Source: Ginkgo biloba
Lineage: Eukaryota; Plantae; Ginkgophyta
Direction of reading: 5' to 3'
Assembly (NCBI GenBank): GCA_024626585.2
Contig: JANKJI020000001.1
Span: 19,372,045 to 19,414,898 of the forward strand
Length of the DNA stretch: 42,854 bases
In this document: piece by piece, positions 37,101 to 42,854 of the stretch
Position numbering within the stretch: the stretch's first letter is position 1
Layout: each line of letters starts with the position of its first letter
Notes under the pieces: generated by a model
What the model saw: only the letters and a program-made list of their open reading frames with translations
Database searches by the model: none
Told to the model about the DNA's origin: nothing
Made by a program: the position numbers and the translations under genes

Positions 37101-40100
37101 ATGGTGACATCTTTATACACCATATAGCATACGATGCTTGGACAATTTGCGACCCTTCGTATTAAAAGACACTTCTCTTGAGTAACTTATGACTTTTTTG
37201 TGTTTGCTAAAAAGTACTTGTGAAACAACCACCGACCATACATTCATTTACAACCAATGGGACCAACTATACATGCAGTGGGTAAGATGTATACTCATTG
37301 ATTTTCAAAATACATATTGCATTTTGATCCCACGGGATTGCCTCCACCTACCTTCCCCCATATCATATTTGCTATCTCCCCTATACGCATCATGTCTACA
37401 TGTCATCTTTCCAATCGTTTAATCTTTTGATTTTTTAATTTATTTTTCTTGCTTATTCACTAAGTACATAAAGCACCATTAGTATGATTGTTAATCTTAA
37501 CAATGTGCATGTGGCCACACAAACCTGCCAGTATTGGTTGAATTAAAGTAGTTGATGTACCCTTGGAGATGTTCAAGGCCAATCTTTCCACCTTCTTGAG
37601 GGGATTGGATTCCAAGTTTGCGAGGAAGGAAGTTAGGAAACATGCTCACAACTCTATCAAGAACAATTTTAGAGTTCATAAGCTTGTACTTTGCTTTAAT
37701 CTTGGTCCAAGTCAACCATCCTCTAACTTGATTGGAGTATAAATTGAGGAAGGTGGATATACCTCTTACTTAATATTGTACTAAGGAGATCATCTAAGGT
37801 CCTGCCATCCACAATTAGAAGTGGCAATGCCCAGATGGAGAGGATATTATTAGGAAACCTATTCTAGGCTAGTCTCCTTGCCAATAGAGAAACATTTTAT
37901 ACTATTCCTAAGCCTTCCAAATATATTTGAATATGGTATCAAAGCNNNNNNNNNNTTTGACTTCAACATAAGCCTGGGAAAGGATAAGATTCTACACAAA
38001 AAGACTATTCCATTGTAACTTACCATTGGGGGTCCCATTTTGGATATTGTCTCTAATAAGGACCTTCTAAATCTCATTTTCCTTTATGTCTCTCACAATC
38101 CACTTGGTAGTTAGGGAAAAGCTCTACTTCTTGATATCTATTATGCCAAGCCCTTCGTGTCCTTTAGGTGTACAGTAGATCTACCACTTCACCTTATGGA
38201 AACCTTTCTTGCCTTCTCATTTGGCTTGGAGGAAAGATCTAAGAAACACGACAAACTTCAGGTAAGCAATTTTGTATACATGAATCGCTAAAAATATCTC
38301 AATGCAAATATGGCACCTAGCTTCCTAAATCATGGGCCTTTATAGACAACGAGGGAGATTAATCTCAACCTTGGTATTAACATAGTTGCACATGTCTACC
38401 TAGGAGACATAAAACCAAAATGTATGTCCATGAATATGAAGATTTTCCCCAAATCATTGCAGGGCTACCCATATTTGTCAATCCAAGGGGAATTAGCTTA
38501 GTTAATCCGTACTAACTGTTCATTTCTACCATCAAATCTTGGAACCAAAGGCCTCAATGAAAGAGTTAATGCATTTATTAATTGATCCACATTTTCTTTC
38601 TCTTCTTCCTAAAAGAGGTGTTATAGAGGAAAAAGTTCTTAGAGAGCAGGGCCCTATCCAATATGATGATAACCCCTTCATGCTTATGCGTGAAGTTTGA
38701 CAAAACGAACTAGAGATCATGAGAATCATTTCTTCTGTGTTTATAGTAATTATACATCTTGAGCCTATATTTGATATGAAACTATGCCTCATGTTCTCTA
38801 GCAATTCATTTGCGAGGGAGTATAAAGATTGGCTATGCCAAGCAAGTTCCCTCCTATATTCAACATGGTCCATATTAGTCTATGAGGAGGATCTTCTCCC
38901 TAAGGTATGCCTCTTTTTTCAAGGTAGGGAAATGAGAGAGTTGCTACTCCACCTTCATCATTTTCATGGTGAAATGAGAATACTTTGGCATGAAGCCAAA
39001 TGAATTGCAATACCAATTATTTGAGCTTTAACCTCTTGGAAGCACATCAAATCAAACTTGCTATAGTCAATTTTTTAGCTTTTTGACCATACCCTTTTTG
39101 TACAGATTAGTNNNNNNNNNNNNNNNNNNNNNNNNNNNNNNNNNNNNNNNNNNNNNNNNNNNNNNNNNNNNNNNNNNNNNNNNNNNNNNNNNNNNNNNNN
39201 NNNNNNNNNNNCTTGAATCTGAAAATTCAAGAGCAAATAAAAATGGACACACACAATTCTTTACACAGATACAAAGTTTTTAACCGGGGAAACCCTCTTG
39301 GGGAATAAAACTCCAGAATGGTATTAAAATTATTTTTCAACAAAAAATTACAATTCAATTGTGCCTTTGCTTTTGTCTTGAGATGCAACTCACAGAGTTT
39401 GCACAATATACACAAAATATTCAACAATGTGTGGAGTTTTTTTGTCTTCAAGAGACTTTCTCACACCCTCTTCTTGCTACTCACAAAACTATTCTAGCTT
39501 CTCTCTCAATGGTTGTGTTCACTTTGTCCTCTTCTCCTCCTCCTCTTGCTCAATCAATGCCTCTTGCTTTTGTTCTCCCTTTGGTTTTCCCTTTCGAATT
39601 GCTTCAGTTACCTTAACTGTTCAAGAAGTTGAACTATTTTTATAAATGTTCATGGGGCCCTCTTTCAAAGATACACGTTCAAGGTTTTTTAGTTCATAGA
39701 TTTTTCAGCCAAGTATCACAAGGCCTCTCCTTTGAATTCCCAACCTTTGAAATTCCAAAAAATAACTTTGTTGTATTAATCATAAATGGTAGAGAGCCAA
39801 CCTTCTTAGGTGGCAATGTTATCCTTTTGAGACCTAGAGGGAAGTTGACTAGCTTTGGGAGCTACATTGGTAGAGGGCTTACCATTAGTTGCCTTAGTTG
39901 CAATGGGCTATGTTCCTCCAACATTGCTCTTATTTTGCTCAATTTTTGCGTGCTCACAAACAATCCATATCCCAAATTTACTAAGAAGTCTACTTGGACA
40001 AAAACTCACTTGTTCCGGCAAAAGGCAAACATTCTATGCAGATCATGACACAAACTTTCCTAAAGGATTGACAAGCTTGGGCAAAACCCCCAATATGGCA

Positions 40101-41369
40101 TGGGAAGGCTTGAAAATTCAACTTGCACTAAGTAGAGTTTAAATGCCGATCTTTCAACAACAAAAAATATGTTGCCAATCCAAATTTTATCAGTATGCTT
40201 ATTTGTGTGAAACGTAAAAGCCTTTAATCAAGGATTGGATGGAATGCACATTTGAACAATATATCTCCCAATTTTCCCTTACCCGTGTTCTCAAAACAGC
40301 CCTAGGAGGAGATCTCCCAACAAAATGATCAATCAAAGTCCTAGCTTCAGCTATACTGACAACAAAATCAATCTATGAAGGACTAATGACTTTAATAGCT
40401 ATATCAGGCATGTGAAGCTCCCAACGCAGTAAATTTTCGAACCAAACTTTTGATCTTGTTTAGGCACCATGATCTCATGGACTTCAAACACAATAATATG
40501 CAACTCCTAGCTTGTTTGCATAATGCCAATGGGAGTGCATCGCAATAGACATGCCATATTCACTTATTCTAAATTTCAATGGAAGAGGTGTTTTAACCAA
40601 TTTTAGAAAAAGAGGAAAAATCAATGCTAAGATAAATCTTATAAGGATGTTCTCTCTCGCCCGACACTTTAGAGCGTCATGAATATCTTGAAGATCTCTA
40701 TGATATATATCGCCCAAATTTGGGAAGAAATATGGTCCGACTGTACAGAAGTGACTTGAGCTTTGGGGTGGTCTTAACACTTTCCAAAACTTCTGAAATT
40801 CATGTCAACTGATTTTATGAAACTCATAACATTTACGATTGCTTGAGCCAATTAATTTGGGAAAGACAATCAATATTGAAACAGAAAAACTATCTATTAA
40901 ATTCGAAGAGTAAACTCAAATTTTAGTTATTCAATTTTTGATGTGTAGAACTTTTTTTCACAATGTCAATTGAAGCAAACTTTTCAGGATAACAGGGCTA
41001 TCGAGGAAAGCCCTTCGATTAGAATTCAGACCAGTCCTTCAAATCTGACCACTGCTAGACATGTGACCAAAAGGGAACCGAGTGCTACCCTGGCACCCGG
41101 TTGTAGGATTGTAATAAGATGGAAAGAAATCTGCATTTTAAATTTTTTTTAAAAAAAATTACCTACAAACTGATATTACTCGATATATTCCTAGACAGCT
41201 TCCAATGCTATTGTTAAGAGGGTATGAAAATTGAAGTCAAAACCTGCTTGAAGAGGACAAGCTGTGGCTTGTGAGAAGAGGTGAGACGCGCTGTGGCTGC
41301 GGCCGTGACGACCGCACCAGGCTTTAGGCGTCGGTATTCAACGTCAATCTTCCCGCTTTGCCCGTCCAT
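993..41369 (-). CDS. Multi-exon gene encoding a divergent DDB1-like triple beta-propeller protein (DDB1/SF3B3/CPSF160 family); 3' end lies outside the window and two internal exons are not visible
   Basis: 17 exons (2873 nt) join with matching phases. The translation follows recalled plant DDB1 motifs in order: [26 protein letters not shown] (~KPTNVTHSCVGNFTSPQELNLIIAK), [13 protein letters not shown] (~EVSLKDKDFVEGPW), [11 protein letters not shown] (~YLLGD), [12 protein letters not shown] (~TCSGAFKDGSLR), [25 protein letters not shown] (~EIEGF..QTL..QLVQVTSNSVRL), HEISAL (~YEVSCL), [22 protein letters not shown] (~PRSVLLCAFEGISYLLCALGDG), [16 protein letters not shown] (~AAFPDSLAIAREGEL), RTKGVIHF (~PTKGRILVF). 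Confidence 0.85.
1268..1364 (-). CDS. DDB1-like gene, exon 16 ([32 protein letters not shown])
   Basis: ATGCAG| ... CTT|GTGGGT, 97 nt, phase 0/1; 'RTKGVIHF' ~ DDB1 'PTKGRILVF'. Confidence 0.75.
1467..1541 (-). CDS. DDB1-like gene, exon 15 ([25 protein letters not shown])
   Basis: TAGCAG| ... AAG|GTCCAT (alternative in-frame donor TTA|GTGAGT ending at 1458), phase 0/0. Confidence 0.72.
1655..1705 (-). CDS. DDB1-like gene, exon 14 ([17 protein letters not shown])
   Basis: ATTTAG| ... CAG|GTACTT, 51 nt, phase 0/0. Confidence 0.7.
1810..1891 (-). CDS. DDB1-like gene, exon 13 ([27 protein letters not shown])
   Basis: TTGCAG| ... CTG|GTAAGA, 82 nt, phase 2/0; ~'IRTIPLGEHARRICHQEQTRTFGICS'. Confidence 0.85.
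2135..2221 (-). CDS. DDB1-like gene, exon 12 ([30 protein letters not shown])
   Basis: GTTCAG| ... ACG|GTGAGA, 87 nt, phase 2/2; close match to DDB1 'SAAFPDSLAIAREGELTIGTIDDIQKL'. Confidence 0.85.
4258..4384. repeat. Diverged dispersed repeat, copy 1 (probably retroelement internal sequence)
   Basis: Colinear with 33027-33155: both start gttgttaggcatt, share aggtttg and gtcccca, and end accctagtc. Confidence 0.6.
4751..4892 (+). mobile_element. Ty3/gypsy aspartic protease C-terminal remnant
   Basis: Translation '[31 protein letters not shown]' matches the gypsy protease motif YS.LLGRPWL.DA....DW. Confidence 0.6.
4893..5160 (+). mobile_element. Ty1/copia RNase H end, polypurine tract and start of the 3' LTR
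   Basis: '[21 protein letters not shown]...ADIFTKPL' is the copia RNase H signature; AAGGGGAAG is followed by TGTTAG at 5123. Confidence 0.9.
5426..5838 (-). CDS. DDB1-like gene, exon 11 ([34 protein letters not shown]...HLGSVT)
   Basis: CTGCAG| ... CAG|GTTAAA, 413 nt, phase 0/2; within ORF 5236..5838. Confidence 0.88.
5948..6109 (-). CDS. DDB1-like gene, exon 10 ([11 protein letters not shown]...[20 protein letters not shown])
   Basis: TTCCAG| ... CTG|GTGAGC, 162 nt, phase 0/0; ~DDB1 'VSCLDI...AVGMWTDISVRIFSLPEL'. Confidence 0.88.
8440..8450 (-). mobile_element. LTR-retrotransposon primer-binding site (tRNA-iMet)
   Basis: Minus strand reads TGGTATCAGAG, the canonical plant PBS; the rest of the element is not resolved. 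Confidence 0.5.
10040..11833 (+). mobile_element. 5'-truncated, decayed L1-type LINE (end of RT to zinc finger, A tail)
   Basis: '[36 protein letters not shown]', '[18 protein letters not shown]', '[12 protein letters not shown]', '[12 protein letters not shown]'; several stops and frameshifts; A7 at 11827-11833. Confidence 0.85.
14156..14389 (-). CDS. DDB1-like gene, exon 9 ([20 protein letters not shown]...LSCVRSHE)
   Basis: GTGTAG| ... GAG|GTAAGA, 234 nt, phase 0/0; ~DDB1 'VTSNSVRLV...DEW'. Confidence 0.88.
14494..14613 (-). CDS. DDB1-like gene, exon 8 ([40 protein letters not shown])
   Basis: TTACAG| ... CAG|GTACAC, 120 nt, phase 0/0; 'EGF....TI.....WIVQ' is a family hallmark. Confidence 0.85.
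18445..18503 (+). repeat. LTR-type terminus (TGTTGG...), copy A
   Basis: 53/59 identical to the reverse complement of 25951-26009; similarity starts exactly at TG in both copies. Confidence 0.7.
18889..19504 (+). mobile_element. Ty3/gypsy gag remnant
   Basis: 'REWW...[13 protein letters not shown]...[25 protein letters not shown]...YHYMHGMK' fits the retrotransposon gag pattern; in-frame stops. Confidence 0.75.
20387..20712 (-). CDS. DDB1-like gene, exon 7 ([32 protein letters not shown]...[14 protein letters not shown])
   Basis: Acceptor GTGCAG|, phase 0; within ORF 20281..20718. The 3' boundary is uncertain (best guess AAG|GCATTT, where homology ends). Confidence 0.75.
22367..23710 (+). 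mobile_element. Ty3/gypsy pol remnant (RNase H end, integrase zinc finger, core and GPY)
   Basis: 'DHLSR', 'AGLWWP', 'CDVCQR', 'PFEKWDIDF', '[10 protein letters not shown]', 'LVSD..SHFLN', 'VLWAFRTTY', 'RWLGPY'; many stops. Confidence 0.92.
24266..24402 (-). CDS. DDB1-like gene, exon 6 ([45 protein letters not shown])
   Basis: Acceptor TTGTAAG|, phase 1; non-canonical donor CAG|GCGAGT, phase 0, fits exon 7; 'LVLGD..ALY' ~ DDB1 'YLLGD..GRLF'. Not in the ORF track. Confidence 0.72.
24747..25173 (-). mobile_element. 3' LTR (24747-25166, 420 bp) with polypurine tract
   Basis: On the minus strand GGGGGAG directly precedes TGTTGG; the LTR ends in CCAACA (6-bp terminal inverted repeat). Confidence 0.7.
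25951..26009 (-). repeat. LTR-type terminus, copy B (inverted relative to copy A; runs into a gap)
   Basis: Reverse complement reads tgttggtaaaaatgggtgacctagtgggacccacttaaa..., matching 18445-18503. Confidence 0.7.
26885..27635 (+). mobile_element. Ty3/gypsy RNase H to integrase zinc-finger remnant
   Basis: '[38 protein letters not shown]', 'LLFQEFNF', '[18 protein letters not shown]'. Confidence 0.9.
27796..27880 (-). CDS. DDB1-like gene, exon 5 ([28 protein letters not shown])
   Basis: Acceptor GGCAG|, phase 1; donor AG|GTTGGT (or TTG|GTATGC ending at 27792); carries the DDB1 'GPW' motif. Confidence 0.8.
28054..28402 (-). CDS. DDB1-like gene, exon 4 ([18 protein letters not shown]...[12 protein letters not shown])
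   Basis: Acceptor CATAG|, 349 nt, phase-1 donor ATG|GTTTAA (an alternative phase-1 GT lies 6 nt further on). Same frame as ORF 27875..28378. '[13 protein letters not shown]' ~ DDB1 'IGLHLYDGLFKV'; 'LLAVLF' ~ 'TIAVLY'. Confidence 0.8.
28623..28747 (-). CDS. DDB1-like gene, exon 3 3' part ([41 protein letters not shown])
   Basis: Open frame from the gap edge to donor AAG|GTAAAA, phase 0, matching the exon 4 acceptor. Confidence 0.72.
28854..29245 (+). repeat. Dispersed array of a degenerate ~12-bp motif (consensus YTCGACGAACGG with CpG decay)
   Basis: Copies include ctcaatgaaaga (28854), ttcaataaatgg (28934), ttcgatgaatgg (29015), ctcaatgaatgg (29058), ctcgatgaacga (29119) and ctcgacgaacgg (29234). 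catttgtcgaatga also occurs twice (28911, 29220). Confidence 0.6.
29306..29762 (-). pseudogene. Collapsed, frameshifted paralogous copy of the host DDB1-like gene (exon 3 piece + exon 9 start + probable C-terminal domain piece)
   Basis: By manual alignment, 29686-29758 matches 28675-28747 at 61/73 nt ungapped, and 29616-29672 matches 14334-14389 at 50/57 columns. ORF 29306..29572 ([40 protein letters not shown]) resembles the DDB1 C-terminal helical domain. Confidence 0.75.
29763..29853 (-). CDS. DDB1-like gene, exon 3 5' part ([30 protein letters not shown])
   Basis: Acceptor TTGCAG|, phase 0. These 91 nt join in frame (T+GT = Cys) to 28747-28623 if the intervening block is removed. Confidence 0.7.
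29995..30147 (-). CDS. DDB1-like gene, exon 2 ([51 protein letters not shown])
   Basis: 153 nt open frame, acceptor TTGTAAG|, donor CTG|GTACAA, phase 0/0; parallels DDB1 'TRIEIH..DVPIYGRIATLELFRP..DFLF'. Confidence 0.78.
30491..30880 (+). mobile_element. Ty3/gypsy integrase core remnant
   Basis: 'ISDQG', '[20 protein letters not shown]', '[10 protein letters not shown]'. Confidence 0.9.
31333..31947 (-). other. GC-rich, frameshifted proline-rich coding-like tract
   Basis: Pro/Ala/Ser/Thr-rich segments alternate between ORFs 31356..31925 and 31333..31644; sharp GC contrast with the flanks. Confidence 0.5.
32163..32605 (-). mobile_element. Ty3/gypsy reverse transcriptase remnant
   Basis: '[40 protein letters not shown]', '[17 protein letters not shown]', and a degenerate catalytic motif 'VFLYDI'. 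Confidence 0.95.
33027..33155. repeat. Diverged dispersed repeat, copy 2
   Basis: Same-orientation homolog of 4258-4384. Confidence 0.6.
35929..35945 (-). mobile_element. LTR end (..CTACA) plus primer-binding site TGGTATCA
   Basis: Minus strand reads cactaca-ag-tggtatcaaa, the 5' LTR/PBS junction geometry; the internal region would run leftwards. Confidence 0.55.
37500..39110 (-). mobile_element. Decayed, internally deleted L1-type LINE (endonuclease start and post-RT region)
   Basis: 'DLMCFQEVK' (~DIL.LQETK), 'ID*YGP', '[12 protein letters not shown]', '[36 protein letters not shown]'. Confidence 0.75.
39212..40158. mobile_element. Probable LTR / solo-LTR-like sequence
   Basis: Contains 'tttaaccggggaaaccctc..ggggaataaaactcc', a pattern I associate with plant LTRs, and ends in TTTCAACA; the left end is in a gap. 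Confidence 0.35.
41244..41369 (-). CDS. DDB1-like gene, exon 1 ([42 protein letters not shown])
   Basis: ATG at 41369 with an in-frame stop shortly upstream; GC-richer 126 nt (42 codons); donor CAG|GTTTTG, phase 0; resembles the DDB1 N-terminus. Confidence 0.8.
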
Positions 41370-42854
41370 CCTTATTTTCCTGCACAAATCAATTCACCTT
41401 CTCTCTCGTGTTATGGAATGCCCTCTCCCTACCCACCTTTTCTTGCAGTGTTTTAAATAAATAAATTCGAAGTCATATATCGAAATTCTAGTTGGTGGCT
41501 GTGCTAAATCCAACGTAAAACCGACAAGGCAAGCCCGGACCTCCAGTTTGTGAGACAATTCGTTACGAAAGCGCCAACATCTTTATGCTTCGCACGCTTT
41601 ACATTTATGCGTTTATTCACCGTGTGTACGTTATTGTTGTGTTATATGTTGTCAACATCATCCGACCGCATACGTTTACAAATAGCAACGGTAAATTGAG
41701 AACGAACCTAGGGAAATTCAATTCTAAAAATTTTGCAAAACAAATACAACAATATAGATTGCACTCAAAGCAATTCTATGCGAATATGCATAACATTTGT
41801 TGTGTATAAACGAATTTGTTACAAATTCTTTAGGGTCATGATAAGAAGTGAGAAAGCAAGGCTATACTTAAGTTATCAATCCTTTGATGATTATTGCAAT
41901 CAATAATGATGGAATGAGGTAAATACATTGAAGTGAAAGGAAATCTCTACAAACCATCTACTAAATACTCTAGGGGACGATGCTACTATATATTGGTTGA
42001 GGAATATTGGTACAAATAAAATTGTGAAAGTGATGAGCATGTGTTTCATTTGGGTTCACTTTGTGTATGTCATTTTCAACAATTAGCAGAAGTCCTCTAG
42101 TCCAAAGTAAGTTCTTTCATGAGGCAATAACAATTAATTAAATAATTTTGTAGGATAATTTTTAAAGTATATGTAACATTATAGTATTTTATCAACATAT
42201 AGAGAAAACTAAAGAGTGCTAAGATGATTGGTAATATGTTATGGTGTATAAAGAGAAGTTTTGTGAGTAATATATTTTTAGAAAATAGCCAATATAGCTA
42301 TAAAACATATCATGTCATAAACTTTTGAATTCTTTACGCAAATCATTCTAGAATAGCAAAATCATAAAAAATATATATTATTAATTAACTTAAACTATGT
42401 CAAACAATGTAAGCTTGTAAGACATCCATATGCATATATATGGTCTTAACACATAATAGAAGATTAAATGTGAAAGAAAGTGAATAAGAGCATGTACAAT
42501 TATAGTCAAGAATTGAATAAGTCTTTTACTTCCATCAAAGGATTTCGAATTGATCTTATTTGGATAAGAAGAATTACTGAGAGACTTGTTATCCACTTGT
42601 TTTATGGATTAAAATTAAAGTATTTCATAAGAAAGATGGCTAAGTGGTTTAAGGCATAGCATTAAGACTACTATGTAGACATTTGTTTTACTTTTTTAAT
42701 ATGAATTTCTTAATCCAGAGCTCATTATATTTACAACATAAACAAAAATAAATTGAGGAGCCACATTCATAGGCGGCGGTCATATATAATATATTCCTTA
42801 TATTTAAGAAAGGAAGAAATGTCGTGTTGAGCTTATAACAAGATGGAAAGTTAG

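Noticed and set aside
41026-41130. TGCAG acceptor just after exon 1 giving [14 protein letters not shown]..
   Set aside because: It reads into a stop, has no family similarity, and exon 1 joins exon 2 cleanly without it. A minor isoform cannot be excluded.
993-41369. Naming the gene DDB1, SF3B3 or CPSF160
   Set aside because: Only scattered motif-level similarity to these conserved proteins; orthology needs a tree.
41380-41436. Possible 5' UTR intron (AAG|GTGGGT ... TGCAG|)
   Set aside because: Only 57 nt and purine-rich; not supportable without transcripts.
1-42854. CRISPR arrays, rRNA/tRNA genes, prokaryotic operons or defence systems
   Set aside because: No regular repeat-spacer arrays or RNA-gene signatures were seen; the sequence is a spliceosomal-intron plant locus.

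Overview
Eukaryotic, AT-rich, gap-ridden (many N runs) land-plant genomic DNA. Almost the whole window is one minus-strand, multi-exon gene that the ORF track misses because its exons are short. I traced 17 exons from an ATG at 41369 down to 993 (2873 nt, about 957 codons), with matching splice phases except at two places where an exon is missing and probably lies in a gap. The gene continues beyond position 1. The joined protein follows the motif order of DDB1 (triple beta-propeller, DDB1/SF3B3/CPSF160 family) but is far too divergent to be canonical plant DDB1, so it looks like a distinct DDB1-like paralog. Its large introns (up to about 11 kb) are packed with decayed Ty3/gypsy, Ty1/copia and LINE fragments. 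The most unusual structure is a ~0.9 kb block that splits exon 3 and contains a diverged (84-88% identical), heavily deleted mini-copy of the same gene: an exon 3 piece, the start of exon 9 and a DDB1-C-terminus-like piece, next to a short-motif repeat array. This is either a real self-derived insertion or an assembly mis-join with a paralogous pseudogene. Family assignments rest on remembered motifs, not database searches.
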